This document shows positions 55,701 through 64,000 of a stretch of 64,000 nucleotides of DNA, piece after piece. Within the stretch, counting starts at the first letter, position 1; each line of letters starts with the position of its first letter. The stretch comes from Spirochaetaceae bacterium (lineage in GTDB: Bacteria > Myxococcota_A > UBA9160 > UBA4427), in NCBI GenBank assembly GCA_020632655.1, contig JACKFD010000002.1, positions 227,757 through 291,756 on the forward strand, read 5' to 3'. The notes beneath the pieces are model-generated. The model worked only from the letters and a program-made list of their open reading frames with translations. It was not told the origin of the DNA and made no database searches. A program made the translations under genes and the position numbers.

Positions 55701-56843
55701 GTGAGATGTGCGTGTGCTCTGGCGATACTCGTCGTCGCCGCGGCTCCGAGCCGCGCGACGCCTCGCCTCTACGGGGCCGGGACGGACGCGATCGGAGCTG
55801 CATCGAGTGGTTTGTTCTGGACCTCGGAGGCCGGCATCGCCGGTGGCGCGACCTGGTCGCCGTCCCAGAATCACGCGTTCATGGTCGGAGTCGACTCGCC
55901 GCCCGCGACGATCGATGCCCTGACGGGTGCGGGTCTCCGGGACTCGTTCGTTACGGCAGGGCAACCGAACGGCGAGCGCTTCGCCGGGTTTGCACAGCCC
56001 GATGCCAATCGGCACGGCTTCACCTACTCCCCCGCCGAGGGCGTTCGCTGGCTGCCGCGACCGAACGACTTCGGCGATGCGTTCGTGGCCGACATGTCCT
56101 CGGATGGACGCCGCATCGTCGGGACGGGAAACCTTCAGGCGGTTCTATGGGATGATTCACGCGGCATCGTCGAGCTCGGTGATCTGCGCGACCTGACTCC
56201 CGGTGAGCAACCCTGGAGCTTCGGAGCCGGAATCTCTGCGGATGGATCGGTCCTCGTCGGCAAGGCGAGGAACGAGTTCGACCAGTTCGAGGCGTTTCGC
56301 TGGAGCGCGGAGTCCGGAATGGTCGGGCTGGGCACCCTGCTCGCCCCCGGTGCCCCCGGCGCGTACAGCGAAGCGAGCAAGGTATCGGCAGATGGCTCGA
56401 CGATCGTCGGCTGGACGAGCGGCGACCTCGGCATGACGCCGTTCATCTGGACCGAGGCTGCCGGAATGATGCCCGTCGGGACGCTTGCCGGATTCCAGGG
56501 GCCACCGGCTCATCTCGACTTCGAATTCGAAATGGACGTCTCGGGTGACGGCTCGATCGTGGTGGGCACTGGATTCGCTACCGAGGGCGCCTTCATCTTC
56601 TCCCGGGCAATCGGTCTGCAATCACTCGAGGGCTACCTGAGCATCCGCGGCCTGGACCTCGGAGGCTGGCACCTCATCTCGGCGAGCGGAATCTCGGAGG
56701 ACGGCCGAATCGTCGTCGGAACCGGAACGAATCCAGCCGGCGTATTCGAGGGCTACCTCGTGATCATTCCGGAGCCCGCGACGGCCGTGCTCGCCATGCT
56801 GGGGCTCGCGATCCTCTCTCGCTACCGAAGGGCGACGGAGTGA
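55701..56843 (+). CDS. HAF-repeat extracellular protein with PEP-CTERM anchor
   Basis: GTG 55701 follows GGAGGTG. The signal is VRCACALAILVVAAAPSRA. Five units of the type (A/P)F(L/R/I)W...G...LG.L...S.A..(V/I)S.DG..(I/V)VG are present. The C-terminus is VIIPEPATAVLAMLGLAILSRYRR. Confidence 0.8.
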   Translation: MRCACALAILVVAAAPSRATPRLYGAGTDAIGAASSGLFWTSEAGIAGGATWSPSQNHAFMVGVDSPPATIDALTGAGLRDSFVTAGQPNGERFAGFAQPDANRHGFTYSPAEGVRWLPRPNDFGDAFVADMSSDGRRIVGTGNLQAVLWDDSRGIVELGDLRDLTPGEQPWSFGAGISADGSVLVGKARNEFDQFEAFRWSAESGMVGLGTLLAPGAPGAYSEASKVSADGSTIVGWTSGDLGMTPFIWTEAAGMMPVGTLAGFQGPPAHLDFEFEMDVSGDGSIVVGTGFATEGAFIFSRAIGLQSLEGYLSIRGLDLGGWHLISASGISEDGRIVVGTGTNPAGVFEGYLVIIPEPATAVLAMLGLAILSRYRRATE

Positions 56844-57119
56844 CCGGACGCGATCGCCGGCGTGTGAAGCTTCGAGTATCCAGTATCGGAGGCGGCCGAC
56901 ACGATTCTCGAGCGTGATCTCGGCAGTCGTCGTTGCGCTTCTGTACTCGTGATCGTGCTCTGTGCTTCGAGTCGGGCCAGCACGATCGCGGGCGGGGGAT
57001 CTGTGCAGCGTGTCCAAAGCACGTGGAGTACGTGATGGCATGCCCGGAGGGCTTGCTCATGCCGCTTCGCGGCAGGGCTTCCCTTTTAGAGACGGTCGTT
57101 CGTTCGCGGAGAAGGGATC

Positions 57120-57196
57120 TGGCACGCCGGGAGGGATTCGAACCCCCGACCCTCAGGTTCGAAGCCTGATGCTCTATCCAGCTGAGCTACCGGCGC
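57120..57196 (-). tRNA. tRNA-Arg (anticodon UCG), CCA encoded
   Basis: The minus strand reads GCGCCGG-TA-GCTC-AGCTGGATA-GAGC-A-TCAGG-CT TCG AA-CCTGA-GGGTC-GGGGG-TTCGAAT-CCCTC-CCGGCGT-G-CCA. The cloverleaf is complete, with 7-bp acceptor, 5-bp anticodon and T stems; 77 nt. Confidence 0.95.
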
Positions 57197-57499
57197 GCGA
57201 ATGGCTGTGCCGTGCGATGCACGGCGACCTGAGGGCCGGCGGAGGCTAGCAGACTCCGGGCGCGCGAGCCTCGGGGGAGCGCCGCTTCCTCGAAGATCCG
57301 GCCGCCGACCCGATCCTCCGGCCCCGGTCGCCCGTCCGCCCCGCCCGTCTGCCTCCTGCGCGGGCAGCGCGAGTCCCGGTCTGCACGGCAGCCCGACCGA
57401 ATCGCGCTGACCGCGACCCGAGCGGGTCTTCCCCGGCGCGACGCGCGCGCAATCGACCTCGGCATGGCCCTTGCTCTCTTCGCGGTAGGGGACGGGGAG

Positions 57500-57537
57500 C
57501 GGGCGGGCCACGTGTCGCAGTCGACGTGGCCCGCCCG
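57500..57537. other. Perfect 14-bp-stem hairpin (CGGGCGGGCCACGT-n10-ACGTGGCCCGCCCG) in the ORF-free spacer
   Basis: Read directly. It is extendable by G.U and A-U pairs. It lies 87 nt upstream of ATG 57624 and 304 nt from the tRNA 5' end, and is immediately followed by TTGACC. Confidence 0.7.
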
Positions 57538-57623
57538 TTGACCGTCCCGCCGCGGTCAGGCCGGGCGGAAGGCGCGGCGACCGCGCGCGATCCACGCGCC
57601 TATATAAATAAGGAGAGCCACCC

Positions 57624-59048
57624 ATGCTCCATTCCGCCGCCGCGCAGCTGCGCGCGCGGGAGCCGCGGGACAAGGCGCTCGCGGTCAACCTCGACCCGGC
57701 GCGCTACGGGACCTTCGCGGAGATCGGGGCGGGGCAGGAGGTCGTGCGCTGGTTCTTCCGGGCGGGCGCCGCGGCGGGGACGATCGCCAAGAGCATCTCG
57801 GCCTACGACATGACCGTGAGCGACGCGATCTACGGTCCGTGCCAGCGCTACGTCTGCCGCGAACGCCTCGAGTCGATGCTCGACTACGAGTACGAGCTGA
57901 CCCTCGAGCGGCTGCGCGAGCGGCGCGGGAACCAGACGGCCTTCTTCGCCTTCGCCGACACGGTCGTCGCCCGCAGCTTCCAGGGCGGACACGAGTGCCA
58001 TGGCTGGATGGGCGTCGCCTTCCAGTCGCACCCGCGCGACGAGGCGAGCCGGATCGTGATCCACGTCCGCATGCTCGATGCCGAGACGACGCTCCAGCAG
58101 GAGGCGCTCGGCATCGTCGGCGTGAACCTCCTCTACGGCGCCTTCTTCCTCTTCTCCGACCCCGACGCCCTCGTCGAGTCCCTGCTCGACGGTCTCAGCA
58201 CGGACCGCATCGAGATCGACATGATCGAGTTCTCGGGCATCGAGTTCCGGCACGTGGACAACCGTGTGATGAGCCTGCGCCTCGTGCAGCTCGGGCTCTC
58301 GAAGGCGGCGATGTTCGGGCCGGATGGGACGGTGCTTCAGCCGTCCGAGGTGCTGCGCAAGCGGCCCGTACTCGTCGAGCGCGGGAGCTTCCGGCCCGTG
58401 ACGCACGTGAACCTCGACATGATGGAGCGCGCGCTCGAGCAGTTCCGCGCGCGGACGGGGGAGGGGGAGGAGCCGATCGCGCTGATGGAGATCACGATGA
58501 GCAACCTGCTCGCGGAGGGGGAGCTCGACCTTTCCGACTTCCTCGCCCGGGCGGACGTGCTCGGCGCGACGGGGCAGACCGTCATGATCTCCGACTACTT
58601 CGAGTTCCATCGCCTCGCCCGCTACCTCTTCGCGGCGACCGATCGCCCGATCGCGATCGTGCTCGGCGCGGGCAGCCTCCTGCAGCTCCTCGACGAGCGT
58701 TACTACGACGGCCTCGAGGGCGGGATCCTCGAGGCGTTCGGGCGTCTCTTCAAGAGTGGCCTGCGGATGTACGTCTACCCGCTCCTCGATCGGCAGACGG
58801 GGCGGCTCACGACGGTCGAGAACCTCGAGGTCGCGCCGTCGCTCCAGCCGCTCTACCGCTACCTCGTCGGGCGGGGCGCGATCGAGGCGATCACGGAGTG
58901 GCGTGAGGACGTGCTGCCGATCTTCTCGCGCGAGGTCCTGCGGCTGATCCGGGAGGGGGACGACGGCTGGGAGAAGATGGTGCCGGACGCCGTGGCCGCG
59001 ATGATCCGCGGGCGTGGGCTCTTCGGCCACGGCCAACGCACGCGTTAG
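57624..59048 (+). CDS. Conserved-looking protein of unknown function (474 aa)
   Basis: The ATG is preceded by the AT-rich cctATATAAATAAGGAGAGccaccc. GC3 is strong and composition globular (YGTFAEIGAGQEVVRWFF...IEIDMIEFSGIEFRHVDNRVMSL...). I cannot name the family. Confidence 0.8.
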   Translation: MLHSAAAQLRAREPRDKALAVNLDPARYGTFAEIGAGQEVVRWFFRAGAAAGTIAKSISAYDMTVSDAIYGPCQRYVCRERLESMLDYEYELTLERLRERRGNQTAFFAFADTVVARSFQGGHECHGWMGVAFQSHPRDEASRIVIHVRMLDAETTLQQEALGIVGVNLLYGAFFLFSDPDALVESLLDGLSTDRIEIDMIEFSGIEFRHVDNRVMSLRLVQLGLSKAAMFGPDGTVLQPSEVLRKRPVLVERGSFRPVTHVNLDMMERALEQFRARTGEGEEPIALMEITMSNLLAEGELDLSDFLARADVLGATGQTVMISDYFEFHRLARYLFAATDRPIAIVLGAGSLLQLLDERYYDGLEGGILEAFGRLFKSGLRMYVYPLLDRQTGRLTTVENLEVAPSLQPLYRYLVGRGAIEAITEWREDVLPIFSREVLRLIREGDDGWEKMVPDAVAAMIRGRGLFGHGQRTR

Positions 59049-59153
59049 GTCCCACCGCGCCCCATCTGCCCGTGACATGCCCCCGGCGCTGGTGCAAGAT
59101 CCGTCGGCCGCCCGGCCGCGATCCGCGCCGGGCGCAGCGCCAGGGAGGGCGAC

Positions 59154-60764
59154 ATGGACGCCTCGCATACGGACGCCTCGCCGCGAACGGACCTCGACGC
59201 CATCGTGATCGGCGCCGGCCACAACGGCCTGGCCACCGCCGCCGTCCTCGCCGGTGCGGGAAAGCGCGTGCTCGTACTCGAGAAGAACGGCTACGTCGGC
59301 GGCATGACGGGCACGCGCGAGATCCTCACGGGCTGCCGGAACGAGGTCGGCGCGAGCTGCCTCTTCCCCCTCGCGAAGGAGGTCGAGGCGGCGCTCGACT
59401 TCGAGGGCAACGGCGCCGAGTTCATCCCGCTCCCCGTGATGGCGATCAACCTGCCGGGCCCCGGCGGCAAGGCGCTCCTCTTCCACGCCAACCCGCTCCG
59501 CCAGCTCGCCCACGTCCTCCTCGATCACGGCCCGAGCGCGATGCTGGGCTTCGTGCGCATGATCCGCTTCTGCCAATACCCTGCCGAAGTGATGGATCGC
59601 TTCACGGCGGGGCGTCTCCCGCGCTCCTTCGAAGAGCTCCTGGCCGAGGCGCCCTCCGACGCGGCGCGCGAGCAGCTCGAGCTGGTCTTCCGCGGGTCGG
59701 CGATGGACGTGGTCGACCGGTTCTTTCCGGACGAGGTGAAGCACAGGACGCTACGTGCACTGCTCGCCTTCGCGTCCGTCCAGTCGACCTACAAGGGGCC
59801 GTACTCGCCGGGCTCGGCGTTCTGTCTCGTCTATACGATGGCGCTGAACGGGAGTGGTGGACTCATGCGGCGGGTGAAGGGCGGGATGGGCTCGCTGTGC
59901 GAGGCGCTCGCGCGCTCGATCGAGGCGAAGGGCGGCGAGATCCGCCTCAAGCAGCCGGTCTCGCGCATCGTCGTCGAGGCGGGCCGCGCGGTCGGGGTCG
60001 AGCTGCGCGGTGGCGAGGTCCTGCGCGCGCGGGTCGTCGTCTCGAACCTCGACAAGCCGGCGACCTTCCTGCGCCTGCTCGCGGACGAGCAGGCATCGCT
60101 GCCGGCGCCGCTCCTCGAGCGGGTCCGATCGATCGAGCACAAGGGTGCCTGGGTGCACATGCTCTTCAAGCTCGACGGGCTGCCGGCCTACGGTGGCGAG
60201 TGGGCGGGGCTGAACGGGAACCTCCATGCGCGCTTCGGCGGGGCGATGGTGCCGGATCCCGAGCAGATGCAGGCGAGCTTCGAGGCCTGTCAGCGCGGCG
60301 AGCTCCCGACCGAGATCCCGATCGCCTTCCAGATTCCCTCGGTCGAGGACCCGACCCTCGCGCCGCCGGGGCATCACATAGCGAGCGCCTACGGCTTCTT
60401 CTTTCCCTGCGATGCACCGGACAGCGAGCGGGGCAAGCTGCGCGATGAGATGGCCGAGCGCGTGATCGATCGGATCTCGCGCTACCTGCCGGACTTCCGC
60501 GAACGGATCGTCGAGAAGGCCGTCTTCTCCTCGGACCATTTCGCGGCGATGCACGGCGCGACGAACGGCGACTTCACCCACGGCCTGCTGCACGCGGACC
60601 AGATGCTCGCCGCCCGCGCCGTCGTCGAGGGCTCGGCCCACGCGACGCCGCTCCCGGGCCTCTACCTCTGTGGCTCGTCCTGCCATCCGGGGCCGGGTGT
60701 CACGTTCCTGCCCGGCTACGGCTGCGCGAAGGAGCTGCTCGGCGGCGTGCTCGCCCAGGGCTGA
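59154..60764 (+). CDS. FAD-dependent oxidoreductase, phytoene-desaturase (CrtI)-related family
   Basis: ATG follows AGGGAGGG. DAIVIGAGHNGLATAAVLAGAGKRVLVLEKNGYVGG is the dinucleotide-binding motif. The 536-aa length and C-terminal ...LYLCGSSCHPGPGV are typical of this family. Confidence 0.85.
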   Translation: MDASHTDASPRTDLDAIVIGAGHNGLATAAVLAGAGKRVLVLEKNGYVGGMTGTREILTGCRNEVGASCLFPLAKEVEAALDFEGNGAEFIPLPVMAINLPGPGGKALLFHANPLRQLAHVLLDHGPSAMLGFVRMIRFCQYPAEVMDRFTAGRLPRSFEELLAEAPSDAAREQLELVFRGSAMDVVDRFFPDEVKHRTLRALLAFASVQSTYKGPYSPGSAFCLVYTMALNGSGGLMRRVKGGMGSLCEALARSIEAKGGEIRLKQPVSRIVVEAGRAVGVELRGGEVLRARVVVSNLDKPATFLRLLADEQASLPAPLLERVRSIEHKGAWVHMLFKLDGLPAYGGEWAGLNGNLHARFGGAMVPDPEQMQASFEACQRGELPTEIPIAFQIPSVEDPTLAPPGHHIASAYGFFFPCDAPDSERGKLRDEMAERVIDRISRYLPDFRERIVEKAVFSSDHFAAMHGATNGDFTHGLLHADQMLAARAVVEGSAHATPLPGLYLCGSSCHPGPGVTFLPGYGCAKELLGGVLAQG

Positions 60765-60884
60765 AGCCGAGCCGCGCCGGCGCGGGGGGGGCGTGCGCGA
60801 GGGCTTGCCGCGCGCCGCGAGCACGCGATCCTCGACGGTCGGCTCGCGGCGCGCCTGCCCCCGCCGAGCCAGGAGGACCCGCGC

Positions 60885-62717
60885 ATGACCGCGAGCCGAG
60901 CCGAAGCCCGTCGTTCCGATGCCGGCGAGATCGATCTCGACGCGATCCGGGCGAAGTACCGGATCGAGCGCGACAAGCGCCTGCGCAAGGAGGGCATCGC
61001 GCAGTACCGCACCTACACGGACGTGATCGAGACGGGCCTCGACGATCCCTTCGCCGAGCCCGGCTTCTCTCGCGCGCCCGTCAAGGACGACCCGGAGGTC
61101 GTGATCCTCGGCGGCGGCTTCTGTGGTCTCACGGTCGCCGCCCGACTCCGCCAGCAGGGCTTCGAGCGGATCCGGATCGTCGAGGTCGCCTCGGACTTCG
61201 GTGGGACCTGGTACTGGAACCGCTACCCCGGCGTGCAATGCGACATCGAGTCCTACATCTACCTGCCGCTGCTCGAGGAGCTCGGCACGATGCCGACGCT
61301 CAAATACGTCTACGGGCCCGAGATCCTCGAGCATGCGCGAGCGCTCGGGCGGCATTTCGACCTGTATCGGGACGCCCTCTTCAGCACCCGGGTCACGCGA
61401 CTCGAGTGGGACGAGGGCGCGGCGCGATGGCAGGTCGAGACGGATCGCGGCGACCGGCTGCGGGCGCGCTTCGTGGTCGTCGCGAGCGGGCCGCTCTCGC
61501 GGCCGAAGCTGCCGGGGATCCCGGGGATCGAGGATTTCGAGGGGCACACGTTCCATACGAGCCGATGGGACTACGCGTATACGGGCGGCGATTCGACGGG
61601 CGGGCTCGTCGGGCTGCGCGACAAGCGGGTCGGCGTGATCGGGACGGGGGCGACGGCGATCCAATGCATCCCGCATCTCGGCGAGTGGTCGCGCCACCTC
61701 ACGGTCTTCCAGCGCACGCCGTCCTGCGTCGACTCGCGACGCAACGTGGCGACGCATCCCGCGTGGTTTGCGTCCCTCGCGCCCGGCTGGCAGCGCGAGC
61801 GGATCTGGAACTTCAGCACGACGCTCTCGGGCCGGAATCTCGAGGTCGACCTCGTGAACGACGGCTGGACCGACATCATGCGCAATCTCGCGGGCATGCT
61901 CGGGAACGACGATGGCTCGCTCCGGTCGCCCGAGGAGATCGCGCGCGAGGTCGAGCTCGCGGACGCGCGCAAGATGGAGGAGATCCGGGCGCGCGTCGCC
62001 GGGATCGTGAAGGACCCCGCGACGGCCGCGGCGCTCAAGCCCTGGTATCGCCAGTTCTGCAAGCGCCCCTGTTTCCACGACGACTACCTCGAGACCTTCA
62101 ACCGCCCGAACGTGACGCTCGTCGACACGGATGGCCGGGGTGTCGACGCGATCACGAAGACGGGTGCCGTCGTGGCCGGTCGCGAGTACCCGCTCGACTG
62201 CCTCGTCTTCGCGACGGGCTTCGAGGTCGGCACGGACTACGCGCGGCGCGCGGACTGCGAGATCGTCGGGCGTGGGGGTGTCACGCTCACGGAGCGCTGG
62301 GCCTCGGGCGTTCGGACGTTGCACGGCCTCTTCACCCGCGAGTTTCCGAACTGCATCCTGATGGGCGGGCTGCAGTCGGGGCTCACGCCGAACTTCACGG
62401 AGCTCTACGACGAGCAGAGCCGTCATGTCGCCGACGTGCTGGCCCACGTCCGCGCGAAGGGGGCGACCCGCGTCGAGGTCGGCCGCGCGGCCGAGGCCGC
62501 CTGGGTCGAGGCGATCCAGCAGCCCAACCCGGCGCAGCTCGAGTTCGCGGCGAGCTGCACCCCCGGCTACTACAACAACGAGGGCCGGCCGACGGAAGGA
62601 CCGGGCTGGTTCGGCGGGACCTACGGCGGCGGGCCCCAGGCCTACTTCGAGCTGCTGCGGGATTGGCGCGAGGGGGGCGACTACGCGGGGCTCGAGCTCG
62701 GCGGCGGGGGCGTCTGA
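60885..62717 (+). CDS. Baeyer-Villiger (type I flavin-containing) monooxygenase
   Basis: ATG follows AGGAGG. VVILGGGFCGL (FAD), GGTWYWNRYPGVQCD, the BVMO fingerprint FEGHTFHTSRWD, and VGVIGTGATA (NADPH) are present; 610 aa. Confidence 0.9.
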   Translation: MTASRAEARRSDAGEIDLDAIRAKYRIERDKRLRKEGIAQYRTYTDVIETGLDDPFAEPGFSRAPVKDDPEVVILGGGFCGLTVAARLRQQGFERIRIVEVASDFGGTWYWNRYPGVQCDIESYIYLPLLEELGTMPTLKYVYGPEILEHARALGRHFDLYRDALFSTRVTRLEWDEGAARWQVETDRGDRLRARFVVVASGPLSRPKLPGIPGIEDFEGHTFHTSRWDYAYTGGDSTGGLVGLRDKRVGVIGTGATAIQCIPHLGEWSRHLTVFQRTPSCVDSRRNVATHPAWFASLAPGWQRERIWNFSTTLSGRNLEVDLVNDGWTDIMRNLAGMLGNDDGSLRSPEEIAREVELADARKMEEIRARVAGIVKDPATAAALKPWYRQFCKRPCFHDDYLETFNRPNVTLVDTDGRGVDAITKTGAVVAGREYPLDCLVFATGFEVGTDYARRADCEIVGRGGVTLTERWASGVRTLHGLFTREFPNCILMGGLQSGLTPNFTELYDEQSRHVADVLAHVRAKGATRVEVGRAAEAAWVEAIQQPNPAQLEFAASCTPGYYNNEGRPTEGPGWFGGTYGGGPQAYFELLRDWREGGDYAGLELGGGGV

Positions 62718-62793
62718 GCGGACCCGGTCCGCGCCGCGCGGGCCGGGCGGCGCGTGATCCGTCCGCCCCGGAAATCCGATTGATCCGGAACGC

Positions 62794-62815
62794 GAAGTGA
62801 GTGTACACTCACTTC
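62794..62815. promoter_or_regulatory. Perfect 22-bp palindrome, candidate TetR operator
   Basis: GAAGTGAGTGTACACTCACTTC is fully self-complementary. It ends 8 nt before the TetR ATG (62824), between the BVMO stop and the regulator. Confidence 0.6.
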
Positions 62816-62823
62816 CACCCCGC

Positions 62824-63522
62824 ATGGCCACCCGACGCCTCAATCACGCGGACCGCCGCGAATCGATCCTCGAAGCCGCGACGGCGACCTTCGCGACGCG
62901 CGGCTTCGACGGCGCGCGCACGCTCGAGATCGCCGAGGCGGCCGGCATCTCCGAGGCGCTGCTCTACCGGCACTTTCCGTCGAAGCAGGCGCTCTACGAC
63001 GCCGTGCTCGAGCACGTTGCCAGGCAGCAGGACCACAACTTCGCCGTGCTCCAGCTGCCGGATCCCTCGACCCGGGGCCTCGTCGAGGCGCTCTGGCGCT
63101 ACCTCGATGCGTGTGTGAACGGATCGCCCGATCGGGGCCCCTCGAACGGCCAGCGCATCCTGCTGCTCTCGCTCGCGGGCGATGGCAAGCACGCGCGCAT
63201 GGTCTATGAGCGGGCGCAGAAGATCGGCGCGCGGGCCTTCCGCAAGGCGCTCGAGGCCGCGGCGCGCGAGGGCAGCCTCGAACGCAATGCGATCGATCCG
63301 CGCAACGGCTGGAACTTCCTCGAGCACGTGGGCGCCATGATCGCGTCGAGCCGGCTCGCGGGCGGCTCGTCGATCCCGTACGCGGGCTCGCGGGAGAAGC
63401 TGCTGCGCGAGGCCGTGCTGTTCTGCGGGCGCGGGCTCGGACTCAAGGACGCGGCGATCGAGGCGCATGCGCCGGCCAGACCTGCGCCGAGAGAGCGGGC
63501 TCTGCGACGCGGTGCCCGCTGA
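62824..63522 (+). CDS. TetR/AcrR-family transcriptional regulator
   Basis: MATRRLNHADRRESILEAATATFATRGFDGARTLEIAEAAGISEALLYRHFPSKQALY is the canonical TetR HTH. ATG 62824 is preferred over the ORF-track GTG 62797, which lies inside the palindrome. Confidence 0.9.
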   Translation: MATRRLNHADRRESILEAATATFATRGFDGARTLEIAEAAGISEALLYRHFPSKQALYDAVLEHVARQQDHNFAVLQLPDPSTRGLVEALWRYLDACVNGSPDRGPSNGQRILLLSLAGDGKHARMVYERAQKIGARAFRKALEAAAREGSLERNAIDPRNGWNFLEHVGAMIASSRLAGGSSIPYAGSREKLLREAVLFCGRGLGLKDAAIEAHAPARPAPRERALRRGAR

Positions 63523-63565
63523 CGAACGGATGACGAACGAAGGTCCGACCCGACAGGAGAATACG

Positions 63566-64000
63566 ATGTCCGATTCCCAGAGCGATCCGAAGCGATTCGA
63601 TCCCGAGGCCCTGCGCGAGGCACTCCGGGAGGCGGAGCTCGAGACGCTCCTGATGGTGCATACGCACCTGACGCACGACGAGGCCTTCCTCGAGAAGTTC
63701 GCCCCGCACATCAAGCCGCTCTACGGACCCGAGCCCTCGGACGTGCCCGAGTCGCTCGCGGCGGAGCTGCGGATGCGGCTCGAGCAGGTGCTGCTCGGCC
63801 AGGATCTTCCGATCGAGGTGCCGCCGCTGCCGCGGCCGCTGATGCAGCGGATGATGTCGGTCTGTGTGGGCGAGCCCGTCGAGGACGAGTTCATCCCGTT
63901 GCTCCTCGACCAGATGGCCCTCGAAGAGACGCCGCGGCGCAGCGAGCGGCCCGGCCGCGTGCCGCCGCCGAAGGATTTCCACGTCGTCGTGATCGGTGCG
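63566..64000 (+). CDS. Second Baeyer-Villiger-type monooxygenase, N-terminal part (3' end outside window)
   Basis: ATG 63566 follows AGGAGA. The frame stays open to the window edge. A 138-aa helical N-terminal extension precedes FHVVVIGA, the start of the FAD GxGxxG motif, as in HAPMO-type BVMOs. It is absent from the ORF track because no stop lies in the window. Confidence 0.7.
   Translation, partial: MSDSQSDPKRFDPEALREALREAELETLLMVHTHLTHDEAFLEKFAPHIKPLYGPEPSDVPESLAAELRMRLEQVLLGQDLPIEVPPLPRPLMQRMMSVCVGEPVEDEFIPLLLDQMALEETPRRSERPGRVPPPKDFHVVVIGA

Noticed and set aside
57600-62843. 714-aa and 1030-aa minus-strand ORFs (57600-59744, 59751-62843)
   Set aside because: They run antisense to three well-supported plus-strand genes (474-aa protein, CrtI-like, BVMO) and have R/E/V/D-rich low-information composition.

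Overview
A 64-kb, very GC-rich chromosomal segment. Third codon positions are almost all G/C, and long stop-free antisense shadow ORFs cover nearly every real gene. The host is a Gram-negative bacterium that sorts surface proteins by PEP-CTERM/exosortase-type signals. I call about 60 protein genes, one tRNA-Arg(UCG), several exact tandem or segmental repeats, and a few candidate regulatory sites. I saw no rRNA, CRISPR array, transposase or integrase.

Main content:
1. Many secreted or anchored proteins: six with PEP-CTERM tails and three with a distinct VPA(L/T) IPTL-CTERM-like tail. They include HAF-repeat, glycine-rich, PI-PLC/PKD, CHRD and DUF642-like proteins.
2. A GFA-TauD-TauD operon bracketed by two duplicated His/Asp-rich SEC-C mini-genes that use non-ATG starts.
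3. A small metal/stress cluster: bacterioferritin-like protein, Cys-rich metallothionein-like protein, Pmp3, and a lipoprotein.
4. An isochorismatase-like hydrolase fused to carbamate kinase.
5. A family-1 encapsulin plus encapsulated-ferritin (EncFtn) operon. A perfect 3 x 37-bp tandem repeat lies in its leader.
6. An oxygenase-rich catabolic region: two Rieske proteins, an LLM monooxygenase, an amidohydrolase, CitE-like, SnoaL and EthD proteins, a thiolase/DUF35 pair, two Baeyer-Villiger monooxygenases, a CrtI-like oxidoreductase, and a TetR regulator with a 22-bp palindrome.
7. An sbtA-sbtB-fabI-like unit, with a beta-carbonic anhydrase elsewhere in the window.
8. A stretch (about 42.7-57.2 kb) ending at the tRNA. 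It holds a fibre-like protein coupled to a PLC-like enzyme, several decayed gene fragments, and ORF-poor lower-GC spacers.

Four-base ATGA/TTGA stop-start overlaps mark at least six likely translationally coupled pairs.

All family assignments come from reading motifs by eye. No database search or computation was run.
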